A DNA stretch of 64,000 nt from Rebecca billardiae RCC1528 (GCA_965240325.2 OZ251242.1:1116001-1180000); one strand, 5' to 3'. Shown: positions 30,704 through 41,648, counted from the stretch's first letter. Numbers and translations: made by a program. The notes: generated by a model not told the origin, from the sequence alone.

Positions 30704-32440
30704 ATGGAGCCCTCGCTGAAGCGCTCGCGGCGCGTGGACGAGGGCGCCGCCGCCGGCGCGTCACCGGTGTTCGGCGCGTCGTGCGCGCTGTGCGGCGATC
30801 GCATCGGTATGCAGCCGTGGGCGCAGCTCGCGTGCGACGACGAGCACGTCGTGCACAACGTGTGCCTCTTCCAGCGCGCGCTTGCGTCCGAGCGCTGCGT
30901 CGTGCGGTGCGGCCGGCCCGGGTGCAAGCGCGTGACGAAGGCGGCGTCGGCGAGGACGCAGTACGACGGCATCCACGAGCTCGCGGCATCGCATCACGTC
31001 GCCGTCGCGGCGTGCACAGGCGGCGCTTCGCACGAGGAGGTGACGGCCGTGCAGCGCGATCCGCCGTGCCACGACGCTGCCACTGTCACGCTGTGCGACC
31101 TGCCGATGGACGTGATCTCGCGCATCCTCGGCTGGATGGCGTGCGCGCAGGATCTGGCCAGCCTGAACGGCACATCGCGCCTCTTCCGCGGCACGCCTGC
31201 CGGCCGCTCGCCGGTGGAGCACGCGCTGCTCAAGCGCGCACGTCAGCGCGGGCATGAGGGCGCGCTGCCACCGCCTCCCTCGTGGCGGGCGGAGCTGTTC
31301 GCGCGCGAGCGCGTGCTCGAGCTTGCGGCTGCGCACGCGTGCGTAGCCGTGATGGGCAGTAGCAATACTCTGGAGGAGATCAAGTTCAGCGCTTTCGTGG
31401 ACGCGTCGGGCGGGCTGCACACGTGCGGTGAGGAGGAGGATCAGACAGGGCTGTGCGCGCCCGCTGCACTGGGCCATCCGAAGCTGCGCGACTCGGCGGT
31501 CCTCGTGCCGACGCGCGTGGCGTCGCTCTCGGCAGTGCGCCTGCGTGCGGTGGCTGCTGGCTATGGTCACCTGCTCGCGCTGAGCGACTGTGGTGCCGTG
31601 TACTCCTGTGGGAACAATAATCTCGGCCAGCTGGGCCTGGACGACGAGGAGACGCGCCGTGTCTTCACCGCGCTGGGCATGAGCAGCATGGGGCTCGTCG
31701 TGGGCATCGCCGCTGGTGCATGCCACAGCCTCGCGCTCACTGCATCGGGCGGTGTGTACAGCTGGGGATTTAACGAGTTCGGCCAGCTCGGCCACGGCGA
31801 CACTGAGGACCGGCTGGAGCCTGTGCGCATCGAGGCGCTGGACGGTGTGCGCGTGGGCGGCATGTCCGCTGGTTACGGGCACACGCTGCTGCTGTCCATG
31901 GACGGTGCCGTGTACTCGTGCGGTGTCGGCAGAGCAGGCCTCCTCGGGCATGGCGACGAGCAAATGCTACTCACGCCACAGCGCGTCGAGTCGCTGGAGG
32001 GCGTGCGCGCCGTGCACGTGAGCGCTGGCGACCAGCACAGCCTGGTGGTGGACGCCACGGGCGGTGTGCACTCGTTTGGGCGTGGCTGGTTTGGTCGCCT
32101 TGGCCATGGTGCTTACTCCAATGCACTCGTGCCCAGGCGCATCGAGGCGCTGCAGGGCGTGCGCATCGTGCGCGCCAGCGCGGGCTGGATCAGCAGCGCG
32201 GTGATGGGCGCAGAGGGCAGCGTGTACACGTTTGGCGACAACGAACACGGCCAGCTCGGCATCGGCTCAGCTGGCGGGCATCAGCTGCTTCCGGTGCGCG
32301 TGCACGCCCCAGCGCACGGGCAGCTAATGGACTGTGGACTGCTCTCTCGACTACCGCCAGGCGCTTTGGATCACCTCAGACGGCGGCGCGTACTCGTGCG
32401 GCAGGCAGTCGGCCGCGCTCGGCCATGGCGTGAGCTCTGA
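30704..32440 (+). CDS. RING/F-box/RCC1 array copy 1, frameshifted near the C-terminus (possible pseudogene)
   Basis: Same architecture as the other copies; a 7-bp duplication TGGACTG (32328-32341) shifts the frame in the last RCC1 blade. Confidence 0.85.
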   Translation: MEPSLKRSRRVDEGAAAGASPVFGASCALCGDRIGMQPWAQLACDDEHVVHNVCLFQRALASERCVVRCGRPGCKRVTKAASARTQYDGIHELAASHHVAVAACTGGASHEEVTAVQRDPPCHDAATVTLCDLPMDVISRILGWMACAQDLASLNGTSRLFRGTPAGRSPVEHALLKRARQRGHEGALPPPPSWRAELFARERVLELAAAHACVAVMGSSNTLEEIKFSAFVDASGGLHTCGEEEDQTGLCAPAALGHPKLRDSAVLVPTRVASLSAVRLRAVAAGYGHLLALSDCGAVYSCGNNNLGQLGLDDEETRRVFTALGMSSMGLVVGIAAGACHSLALTASGGVYSWGFNEFGQLGHGDTEDRLEPVRIEALDGVRVGGMSAGYGHTLLLSMDGAVYSCGVGRAGLLGHGDEQMLLTPQRVESLEGVRAVHVSAGDQHSLVVDATGGVHSFGRGWFGRLGHGAYSNALVPRRIEALQGVRIVRASAGWISSAVMGAEGSVYTFGDNEHGQLGIGSAGGHQLLPVRVHAPAHGQLMDCGLLSRLPPGALDHLRRRRVLVRQAVGRARPWREL

Positions 32441-32858
32441 CGTCGAGATGGACGACCTCGTCTCTCCTGCGCGCATTGCGCAGCTGCCACCGCTGCTCGT
32501 GCTGCGTAAGTAAGGGTGCGTAGCACCCGGCCGCGATGGGCGCGGCGGGCAGTCGCATCTGCCAGCCAGCGGCCGCTTGCAGCCCCGGGACTGAGTTGCA
32601 GGCGGCGATTGGCTGCATGCAGCTCCTTAACGACAGCAGTCGGTAGCCGCTGGCGGCGGTGCCGCTGCTGCCGCCCCGGGCAGTGCGGGCCGCCGGCTGC
32701 CTCAGCGGGCCAGTGGGGAGTGTGACGAGAATTGCACATCCAATAATGTACGTACCATTTTTGATCCGCGTTTTCTACACCCAACAAGCAGCCAACGGTC
32801 ATCATGCGGTCCGAGCGAGCGGCTGAAGAGATCGTCGACGGCGCCTTGGCTGCGCGGG

Positions 32859-34667
32859 ATGGAGCCTCCGCTCATGAAGCGCTCGCGGCGCGTGGACGAG
32901 GGCACCGCCGGCGCGTCGCCCGTGTTCGGCGCGTCGTGCGCGCTGTGCGGCGATCGCATCGGTGAGCAGCCGTGGGCGCAGCTCGCGTGCGACGACGAGC
33001 ACGTCGTGCACAACGTGTGCCTCTTCCAGCGCGCGCTCGCGTCCGAGCGTTGCGCCGTGCGGTGCGGACGGCCCGGGTGCAAGCGCGTGACGAAGGCGGC
33101 GTCGGCGAGGACGCAGTACGACGGCATCCACGAGCTCGCGGCATCGCATCACGTCGCCGTCGCGGCGTGCACAGGCGGCGCTTCGCACGATGAGGTGACG
33201 GCCGTGCAGCGCGATCCGCCGTGCCACGACGCTGCCACTGTCACGCTGTGCGACCTGCCGATGGACGTGATCTCGCGCATCCTCGGCTGGATGGCGTGCG
33301 CGCAGGATCTGGCCAGCCTGAACGGCACATCGCGCCTCTTCCGCGGCACGCCTGCCGGCCGCTCGCCGGTGGAGCACGCGCTGCTCAAGCGCGCACGTCA
33401 GCGCGGGCATGAGGGCGCGCTGCCACCGCCTCCCTCGTGGCGGGCGGAGCTGTTCGCGCGCGAGCGCGTGCTCGAGCTTGCGGCTGCGCACGCGTGCGTG
33501 GCCGTGATGAGCAGTAGCGCGGGCAACAAGCTGATGATGTTCAGCGCGTTCGTGGACGCGTCGGGCGGGCTGCACACCTGCGGCGAGGAGTCTGGTGAGA
33601 CAGGGCTGTGCGCGCCCGCTGCGCTGGGCCATCCGGAGCTGCGCGACTCAGCCGTTCTCGTGCCGACGCGCGTGGCATCGCTCTCGGCAGTGCGCGTGCG
33701 TGCGGTGGCCGCTGGCAACGGACACCTGCTCGCGTTGAGCAACTGTGGTGCCGTGTACTCCTGTGGGAACAATGATTTAGGCCAGCTGGGCCTGGGCGAC
33801 AAGGAGACGCGCCGTGTCTTCACCGCGCTGGGCATGAGCAGCATGGGGCTCGTCGTGGGCATCGCAGCTGCTGCACACCACAGCCTCGCGCTTACCGCAG
33901 CGGGCGGTGTGTACAGCTGGGGATGGAACGAGGACGGCCAGCTCGGTCACGGCGACACTGAGGACCGGCTGGAGCCTGTGCGCATCGAGGCGCTGGACGG
34001 TGTGCGCGTGGGCGGCATGTCCGCGGGCTGCGAGCACACGCTGCTGCTGTCGACGAGCGGCGCCGTGTACTCGTGCGGTGTCGGCGACGCAGGCCGCACC
34101 GGGCATGGCGACCAGCACCCTCTGCACACACCTCAGCGCGTCGAGGCGCTGGAGGGCGTGCGCGCCGTGCACGTGAGCGCGGGCGACACTCACAGCCTGG
34201 TGGTGGATGCCACTGGCGGTGTGCACTCGTTTGGGTCTCACTCGTTTGGCGGCCTTGGCCATGGTGACGACTCCGACGCACTCGTGCCCAGGCGCATCAA
34301 GGCGCTGCACGGCGTGCGCATCGTGCGCGCCTGCGCAGGCTGTTTCAGCAGCGCGGTGATGGGCGCAGAGGGCAGCGTGTACACGTTTGGCGACAACGAC
34401 TACGGCCAGCTCGGCATCGGTTCAGCTGGTGCGGATCAGCTGCTTCCGGTGCGCGTGCACGCCCCAGCGCATGGCCAGCTGGTGGACTGCTTTCTCGAGT
34501 ACTGCCAGGCGCTCTGGATCACGTCAGACGGCGGCGCGTACTCGTGTGGCAGGCAGAGGGCCGCGCTCGGCCATGGCGTGAGCTCTGACGACGTGATGGA
34601 CGACCTCGTCTCTCCTGCGCGCATTGCGCAGCTGCCACCGCTGCTCGTGCTGCGCAAGGGTGCGTAG
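32859..34667 (+). CDS. RING/F-box/RCC1 array copy 2
   Basis: Intact 602-aa ORF with RING-like, F-box and RCC1 motifs. Confidence 0.92.
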   Translation: MEPPLMKRSRRVDEGTAGASPVFGASCALCGDRIGEQPWAQLACDDEHVVHNVCLFQRALASERCAVRCGRPGCKRVTKAASARTQYDGIHELAASHHVAVAACTGGASHDEVTAVQRDPPCHDAATVTLCDLPMDVISRILGWMACAQDLASLNGTSRLFRGTPAGRSPVEHALLKRARQRGHEGALPPPPSWRAELFARERVLELAAAHACVAVMSSSAGNKLMMFSAFVDASGGLHTCGEESGETGLCAPAALGHPELRDSAVLVPTRVASLSAVRVRAVAAGNGHLLALSNCGAVYSCGNNDLGQLGLGDKETRRVFTALGMSSMGLVVGIAAAAHHSLALTAAGGVYSWGWNEDGQLGHGDTEDRLEPVRIEALDGVRVGGMSAGCEHTLLLSTSGAVYSCGVGDAGRTGHGDQHPLHTPQRVEALEGVRAVHVSAGDTHSLVVDATGGVHSFGSHSFGGLGHGDDSDALVPRRIKALHGVRIVRACAGCFSSAVMGAEGSVYTFGDNDYGQLGIGSAGADQLLPVRVHAPAHGQLVDCFLEYCQALWITSDGGAYSCGRQRAALGHGVSSDDVMDDLVSPARIAQLPPLLVLRKGA

Positions 34668-35068
34668 CACCCGGTGGCCAGTGCGCGATGGGCGTGGGGC
34701 AGTCGCATCTGCCAGCCAGCGCGGCCCGCTTGCAGCCCCGGGACGGAGTTGCAGGCGGCGCTAGGCTGCATGCAGCTCCTTAACAACAGCGGTCGGTAGC
34801 CGCGTTGGCGGCGGTGCCGCTGCTACCGCCCGGGCAGTGCGGGCCGCCGGCTGCCTCAGCGGGCCAGTGGGTTCGAGTGCTGGGACGCGGTCTCGCCGTC
34901 GGGTCCAGCAGTAGTCGTGACGAGAATTGCACATCCAATGTCGTGTCGTACCATTTTAATCCGCCGTTTTCTGCGCAGCAGGCAGCCAACGGTCTCGAGG
35001 TCATCATGCGGTGGCTCCGCTGCCGAGCGCGCTGCTGAAGGATCCTCGACGGCGCCTTGGCTTGCGAG

Positions 35069-36877
35069 ATGGAGCCTCCGCTCATGAAGCGCTCGCGGCG
35101 GGCGGACGATAGCACCGCCGGCGCGCCGCCCGTGTTCGGCGCGTCGTGCGCGCTGTGCGGCGATTGCATCGGTACGCAGCCGTGGGCGCAGCTCGCGTGC
35201 GACGACGAGCACGTCGCGCACAACGTGTGCCTCTTCCAGCGCGCGCTCGCGTCCGAGCGCTGCGTCGTGCGGTGCGGCCGGCCCGGGTGCAAGCGCGTGA
35301 CGAAGGCGGCGTCGGCGAGGACGCAGTACGACGGCATCCACGAGCTCGCGGCATCGCATCACGTCGCCGTCGCGGCGTGCACGGGCGGCGCTTCGCGCGA
35401 GGAGGTGACGGCCGTGCAGCATGATCCGCCGTGCCGTGACGCTGCCACCGTCACGCTGTGCGACCTGCCGACGGACGTGATCTCGCGCATCCTCGGCTGG
35501 ATCGAGTGCGCGCAGGATCTGGCCAGCCTGAACGGCACCTCGCGCCTCTTCCGCGGCACGCCTGCCGGCCGCTCGCCGGTGGAGCATGCGCTGCTCAAGC
35601 GCGCACGTCAGCGCGGGCACGAGGGCGCGCTGCCGACGCCTCCCTCGTGGCGGGCTGAGCTGTTCGCGCGCGAGCGCGTGCTCGAGCTTGCGGCTGCGCA
35701 CGCGTGCGTGGCCGTGATGAGCAGTAGCGCGGGCAACAAGCTGATGATGTTCAGCGCGTTCGTGGACGCGTCGGGCGGGCTGCACACCTGCGGCGAGGAG
35801 TCTGGTGAGACAGGGCTGTGCGCGCCCGCTGCGCTGGGCCATCCAGAGCTGCGCGACTCAGCCGTTCTCGTGCCGACGCGCGTGGCATCGCTCTCGGCAG
35901 TGCGCGTGCGTGCGGTGGCCGCTGGCAACGGACACCTGCTCGCGCTGAGCGACTGTGGTGCCGTGTACTCCTGTGGGAACAATGATCTCGGCCAGCTGGG
36001 CCTGGACGACGAGGAGACGCGCCGTGTCTTCACCGCGCTGGGCATGAGCAGCATGGGGCTCGTCGTGGGCATCGCCGCTGGTGCATGCCACAGCCTCGCG
36101 CTCACTGCATCGGGCGGTGTGTACAGCTGGGGATTTAACGAGTTCGGCCAGCTCGGTCACGGCGACACTGAGGACCGGCTGGAGCCTGTGCGCATCGAGG
36201 CGCTGGACGGTGTGCGCATGGGCGGCATGTCCGCGGGCTGCGAGCACACGCTGCTGCTGTCGACGAGCGGCGCCGTGTACTCGTGCGGTGTCGGCGACGC
36301 AGGCCGCACCGGGCATGGCGACCAGCACCCTCTGCACACACCTCAGCGCGTCGAGGCGCTGGAGGGCGTGCGCGCCGTGCACGTGAGCGCGGGCGACACT
36401 CACAGCCTGGTGGTGGATGCCACGGGCGGTGTGCACTCGTTTGGGCGTGGCTCGTTTGGCTGCCTTGGCCATGGTGATGACTCCAACGCACTCGTGCCCA
36501 GGCGCATCGAGGCGCTGCACGGCGTGCGCATCGTGCGCGCCTGCGCAGGCTGTTTCAGCAGCGCGGTGATGGGCGCAGAGGGCAGCGTGTACACGTTTGG
36601 CGACAACGAACACGGCCAGCTCGGCATCGGTTCAGCTGGTGCGGATCAGCTGCTTCCGGTGCGCGTGCACGCCCCAGCGCATGGCCAGCTGGTGGACTGC
36701 TTTCTCGAGTACTGCCAGGCGCTCTGGATCACGTCAGACGGCGGCGCGTACTCGTGTGGCAGGCAGAGGGCCGCGCTCGGCCATGGCGTGAGCTCTGACG
36801 ACGTGATGGACGACCTCGTCTCTCCTGCGCGCATTGCGCAGCTGCCACCGCTGCTCGTGCTGCGCAAGGGTGCGTAG
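35069..36877 (+). CDS. RING/F-box/RCC1 array copy 3
   Basis: Intact ORF starting MEPPLMKRSRR. Confidence 0.92.
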   Translation: MEPPLMKRSRRADDSTAGAPPVFGASCALCGDCIGTQPWAQLACDDEHVAHNVCLFQRALASERCVVRCGRPGCKRVTKAASARTQYDGIHELAASHHVAVAACTGGASREEVTAVQHDPPCRDAATVTLCDLPTDVISRILGWIECAQDLASLNGTSRLFRGTPAGRSPVEHALLKRARQRGHEGALPTPPSWRAELFARERVLELAAAHACVAVMSSSAGNKLMMFSAFVDASGGLHTCGEESGETGLCAPAALGHPELRDSAVLVPTRVASLSAVRVRAVAAGNGHLLALSDCGAVYSCGNNDLGQLGLDDEETRRVFTALGMSSMGLVVGIAAGACHSLALTASGGVYSWGFNEFGQLGHGDTEDRLEPVRIEALDGVRMGGMSAGCEHTLLLSTSGAVYSCGVGDAGRTGHGDQHPLHTPQRVEALEGVRAVHVSAGDTHSLVVDATGGVHSFGRGSFGCLGHGDDSNALVPRRIEALHGVRIVRACAGCFSSAVMGAEGSVYTFGDNEHGQLGIGSAGADQLLPVRVHAPAHGQLVDCFLEYCQALWITSDGGAYSCGRQRAALGHGVSSDDVMDDLVSPARIAQLPPLLVLRKGA

Positions 36878-37281
36878 CACCCGGTGGCCAGTGCGCGATG
36901 GGCGTGGGGCAGTCGCATCTGCCAGCCAGCGCGGCCCGCTTGCAGCCCCGGGACGGAGTTGCAGGCGGCGCTAGGCTGCATGCAGCTCCTTAACAACAGC
37001 GGTCGGTTGCCGCGTTGGCGGCGGTGCCGCTGCTACCGCCCGGGCAGTGCGGGCCGCCGGCTGCCTCAGCGGGCCAGTGGGTTCGAGTGCTGGGACGCGG
37101 TCTCGCCGTCGGGTCCAGCAGTAGTCGTGACGAGAATTGCACATCCAATGTCGTGTCGTACCATTTTAATCCGCCGTTTTCTGCGCAGCAGGCAGCCAAC
37201 GGTCTCGAGGTCATCATGCGGTGGCTCCGCTGCCGAGCGAGCGCGCTGCTGAGGATCCTCGACGGCGCCTTGGCTTGCGAG

Positions 37282-39084
37282 ATGGAGCCTCCGCTCATGA
37301 AGCGCTCGCGGCGGGCGGACGATAGCACCGCCGGCGCGCCGCCCGTGTTCGGCGCGTCGTGCGCGCTGTGCGGCGATTGCATCGGTACGCAGCCGTGGGC
37401 GCAGCTCGCGTGCGACGACGAGCACGTCGCGCACAACGTGTGCCTCTTCCAGCGCGCGCTCGCGTCCGAGCGCTGCGTCGTGCGGTGCGGCCGGCCCGGG
37501 TGCAAGCGCGTGACGAAGGCGGCGTCGGCGAGGACGCAGTACGACGGCATCCACGAGCTCGCGGCATCGCAACACGTCGCCGTCGCGGCGTGCACGGGCG
37601 GCGCTTCGCGCGAGGAGGTGACGGCCGTGCAGCATGATCCGCCGTGCCGTGACGCTGCCACCGTCACGCTGTGCGACCTGCCGACGGACGTGATCTCGCG
37701 CATCCTCGGCTGGATCGAGTGCGCGCAGGATCTGGCCAGCCTGAACGGCACCTCGCGCCTCTTCCGCGGCACGCCTGCCGGCCGCTCGCCGGTGGAGCAT
37801 GCGCTGCTCAAGCGCGCACGTCAGCGCGGGCACGAGGGCGCGCTGCCGACGCCTCCCTCGTGGCGGGCGGAGCTGTTCGCGCGCGAGCGCGTGCTCGAGC
37901 TTGCGGCTGCGCACGCGTGCGTGGCCGTGATGGGCAGTGGCGCTGAGGGGATCAAGTTCAGCGCTTTCGTGGACGCGTCGGGCGGGCTGCACACCTGCGG
38001 CGAGGAGTCTGGTGAGACAGGGCTGTGCGCGCCCGCTGCGCTGGGCCATCCAGAGCTGCGCGACTCAGCCGTTCTCGTGCCGACGCGCGTGGCATCGCTC
38101 TCGGCAGTGCGCGTGCGTGCGGTGGCCGCTGGCAACGGACACCTGCTCGCGCTGAGCGACTGTGGTGCCGTGTACTCCTGTGGGAACAATGATCTCGGCC
38201 AGCTGGGCCTGGACGACGAGGAGACGCGCCGTGTCTTCACCGCGCTGGGCATGAGCAGCATGGGGCTCGTCGTGGGCATCGCCGCTGGTGCATGCCACAG
38301 CCTCGCGCTCACTGCATCGGGCGGTGTGTACAGCTGGGGATTTAACGAGTTCGGCCAGCTCGGTCACGGCGACACTGAGGACCGGCTGGAGCCTGTGCGC
38401 ATCGAGGCGCTGGACGGTGTGCGCATGGGCGGCATGTCCGCGGGCTGTGAGCACACGCTGCTGCTGTCGACGAGCGGCGCCGTGTACTCGTGCGGTGTCG
38501 GCGACGCAGGCCGCACCGGGCATGGCGACCAGCACCCTCTGCACACACCTCAGCGCGTCGAGTCGCTGGAGGGTGTGCGCGCCGTGCACGTGAGCGCGGG
38601 CGACACTCACAGCCTGGTGGTGGATGCCACTGGCGGTGTGCACTCGTTTGGGTCTCACTCGTTTGGCGGCCTTGGCCATGGTGACGACTCTGACGCACTC
38701 GTGCCTAGGCGCATCGAGGCGCTGCACGGCGTGCGCATCGTGCGCGCCAGCGCAGGCTGTTTCAGCAGCGCGGTGATGGGCGCAGAGGGCAGCGTGTACA
38801 CGTTTGGCTACAACGAACACGGCCAGCTCGGCATCGGCTCAGCTGGTGCGGATCAGCTGCTTCCGGTGCGCGTGCACGCCCCAGCGCACGGCCAGCTGGT
38901 GGACTGCTTTCTCGAGTGGCGCCAGTCGCTCTGGATCACTGCAGGCGGCGGCGCGTACTCGTGTGGCAGGCAGCCGGCTGCGCTCGGCCATGGCGTGAGC
39001 TCTGACGACGTGATGGACGACCTCGTCTCTCCTGCGCGCATTGCGCAGCTGCCACCGCTGCTCGTGCTGCGTAAGGGTGCGTAG
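37282..39084 (+). CDS. RING/F-box/RCC1 array copy 4
   Basis: Intact ORF starting MEPPLMKRSRR. Confidence 0.92.
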   Translation: MEPPLMKRSRRADDSTAGAPPVFGASCALCGDCIGTQPWAQLACDDEHVAHNVCLFQRALASERCVVRCGRPGCKRVTKAASARTQYDGIHELAASQHVAVAACTGGASREEVTAVQHDPPCRDAATVTLCDLPTDVISRILGWIECAQDLASLNGTSRLFRGTPAGRSPVEHALLKRARQRGHEGALPTPPSWRAELFARERVLELAAAHACVAVMGSGAEGIKFSAFVDASGGLHTCGEESGETGLCAPAALGHPELRDSAVLVPTRVASLSAVRVRAVAAGNGHLLALSDCGAVYSCGNNDLGQLGLDDEETRRVFTALGMSSMGLVVGIAAGACHSLALTASGGVYSWGFNEFGQLGHGDTEDRLEPVRIEALDGVRMGGMSAGCEHTLLLSTSGAVYSCGVGDAGRTGHGDQHPLHTPQRVESLEGVRAVHVSAGDTHSLVVDATGGVHSFGSHSFGGLGHGDDSDALVPRRIEALHGVRIVRASAGCFSSAVMGAEGSVYTFGYNEHGQLGIGSAGADQLLPVRVHAPAHGQLVDCFLEWRQSLWITAGGGAYSCGRQPAALGHGVSSDDVMDDLVSPARIAQLPPLLVLRKGA

Positions 39085-39484
39085 CACCCGGTGGCCGGTG
39101 CGCGATGGGCGTGGGGCAGTCGCATCTGCCAGCCAGCGCGGCCCGCTTGCAGCCCCGGGACGGAGTTGCAGGCGGCGCTAGGCTGCATGCAGCTCCTTAA
39201 CAACAGCGGTCGGTAGCCGCGTTGGCGGCGGTGCCGCTGCTACCGCCCGGGCAGTGCGGGCCGCCGGCTGCCTCAGCGGGCCAGTGGGTTCGAGTGCTGG
39301 GACGCGGTCTCGCCGTCGGGTCCAGCAGTAGTCGTGACGAGAATTGCACATCCAATGTCGTGTCGTACCATTTTAATCCGCCGTTTTCTGCGCAGCAGGC
39401 AGCCAACGGTCTCGAGGTCATCATGCGGTGGCTCCGCTGCCGAGCGCGCTGCTGAAGGATCCTCGACGGCGCCTTGGCTGCGAG

Positions 39485-41290
39485 ATGGAGCCTCCGCTCA
39501 TGAAGCGCTCGCGGCGGGCGGACGATAGCACCGCCGGCGCGCCGCCCGTGTTCGGCGCGTCGTGCGCGCTGTGCGGCGATTGCATCGGTACGCAGCCGTG
39601 GGCGCAGCTCGCGTGCGACGACGAGCACGTCGCGCACAACGTGTGCCTCTTCCAGCGCGCGCTCGCGTCCGAGCGCTGCGTCGTGCGGTGCGGCCGGCCC
39701 GGGTGCAAGCGCGTGACGAAGGCGGCGTCGGCGAGGACGCAGTACGACGGCATCCACGAGCTCGCGGCATCGCATCACGTCGCCGTCGCGGCGTGCACGG
39801 GCGGCGCTTCGCGCGAGGAGGTGACGGCCGTGCAGCATGATCCGCCGTGCCGTGACGCTGCCACCGTCACGCTGTGCGACCTGCCGACGGACGTGATCTC
39901 GCGCATCCTCGGCTGGATGGCGTGCGCGCAGGATCTGGCCAGCCTGAACGGCACCTCGCGCCTCTTCCGCGGCACGCCTGCCGGCCGCTCGCCGGTGGAG
40001 CATGCGCTGCTCAAGCGCGCACGTCAGCGCGGGCATGAGGGTGCGCTGCCACCGCCTCCCTCGTGGCGGGCGGAGCTGTTCGCGCGCGAGCGCGTGCTCG
40101 AGCTTGCGGCTGCGCACGCGTGCGTGGCCGTGATGGGCAGTGGCGCTGAGGGGATCAAGTTCAGCGCTTTCGTGGACGCGTCGGGCGGGCTGCACACGTG
40201 CGGTGAGGAGGAGGATGAGACAGGGCTGTGCGCGCCCGCTGCACTGGGCCATCCGGAGCTGCGCAACTCGGCAGCGGTCCTCGTGCCGACGCGCGTGGCG
40301 TCGCTCTCGGCAGTGCGCGTGCGTGCGGTGGCTGCTGGCTATGGTCACCTGCTCGCGCTGAGCGACTGTGGTGCCGTGTACTCCTGTGGGAACAATGATT
40401 TAGGCCAGCTGGGCCTGGGCCACAAGGAGACTCGCCGCACGTTCACCGCGCTAGGCATGAGCAGCATGGGGCTCGTCGTGGGCATCGCCGCTCGTGCGAA
40501 GCACAGCCTCGCGCTCACTGCAGCGGGCGGTGTGTACAGCTGGGGATGTAACGAGATCGGCCAGCTCGGCCACGGCGACACTGAGCACCGGCTGGAGCCT
40601 GTGCGCATCCAGGCGCTGGACGGTGTGCGCGTGGGCGGCATGTCCGCTGGTTACGGGACCACGCTGCTGCTGTCGACGAGCGGTGCCGTGTACTCGTGCG
40701 GTGACGGCGAAGCAGGCCGCACCGGGCATGGCCACGAGAGCACTCTGCTCACGCCACAGCGCGTCGAGTCGCTGGAGGGCGTGCGCGCCGTGCACGTGAG
40801 CGCTGGCGATGATCAGGGCCTGGTGGTGGATGCTACGGGCGGTGTGCACTCGTTCGGGTCTCACTCGTTTGGCTGCCTTGGCCATGGTGACGAATCTGAC
40901 GCACTCGTGCCCAGGCGCATCGAGGCGCTGCAGGGCGTGCGCATCGTGCGCGCCAGCGCGGGCTGTTTTTGCAGCGCGGTGATGGGCGTGGACGGCAGCG
41001 TGTACACGTTTGGCTCCAACGAACACGGCCAGCTTGGCATCGGCTCAGCTGGTGCGAGTCCGCCGCTTCCGGTGCGCGTGCACGCCCCAGCGCACGGGCA
41101 GCTAATGGACTGCTCTCTCGACTACCGCCAGGCGCTTTGGATCACCTCAGACGGCGGCGCGTACTCGTGCGGCAGGCAGTCGGCCGCGCTCGGCCATGGC
41201 GTGAGCTCTGACGACGGGGTGGACGACCTCGTCTCTCCTGCGCGCATTGCGCAGCTGCCCCCGCTGCTCATGCTGCGCCGGGGTGCGTAG
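39485..41290 (+). CDS. RING/F-box/RCC1 array copy 5
   Basis: Intact ORF starting MEPPLMKRSRR. Confidence 0.92.
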   Translation: MEPPLMKRSRRADDSTAGAPPVFGASCALCGDCIGTQPWAQLACDDEHVAHNVCLFQRALASERCVVRCGRPGCKRVTKAASARTQYDGIHELAASHHVAVAACTGGASREEVTAVQHDPPCRDAATVTLCDLPTDVISRILGWMACAQDLASLNGTSRLFRGTPAGRSPVEHALLKRARQRGHEGALPPPPSWRAELFARERVLELAAAHACVAVMGSGAEGIKFSAFVDASGGLHTCGEEEDETGLCAPAALGHPELRNSAAVLVPTRVASLSAVRVRAVAAGYGHLLALSDCGAVYSCGNNDLGQLGLGHKETRRTFTALGMSSMGLVVGIAARAKHSLALTAAGGVYSWGCNEIGQLGHGDTEHRLEPVRIQALDGVRVGGMSAGYGTTLLLSTSGAVYSCGDGEAGRTGHGHESTLLTPQRVESLEGVRAVHVSAGDDQGLVVDATGGVHSFGSHSFGCLGHGDESDALVPRRIEALQGVRIVRASAGCFCSAVMGVDGSVYTFGSNEHGQLGIGSAGASPPLPVRVHAPAHGQLMDCSLDYRQALWITSDGGAYSCGRQSAALGHGVSSDDGVDDLVSPARIAQLPPLLMLRRGA

Positions 41291-41648
41291 CACCCGGTGC
41301 GTGATGGCTGCGGGGCAGTCGCATCCGCCACCCAGCGCCCGCTCGCAGCCCCGGGACGGAGTTGCAGGCGGCGCTTGGCCGCATGCAGCTCCTTAACAAC
41401 AGCAGTCGGTAGCCGCTGGCGGCGGTGCCGCCGCTGCCGCCCCGGGCAGTGCGGGCCGCCGGCTGCCTCAGCGGGCTGCCAATGCCAATGGTGTGAGTGG
41501 GGAGTGTGACGAGAGTTGCACATCCAATATAATGTACGTATACCATCATCATTTTTGATCCGTTTTCTACACCCAACAAGCAGCCAACGGTCATCATGCG
41601 GTCCGAGCGAGCGGCTGAAGAGATCGTCGACGGCGCGTTGGCTGCGAG

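Noticed and set aside
37015-37281. N-terminal extensions of array copies 3-5 in the ORF track
   Set aside because: Spacer sequence; the frame is not conserved between units and all copies align from MEP
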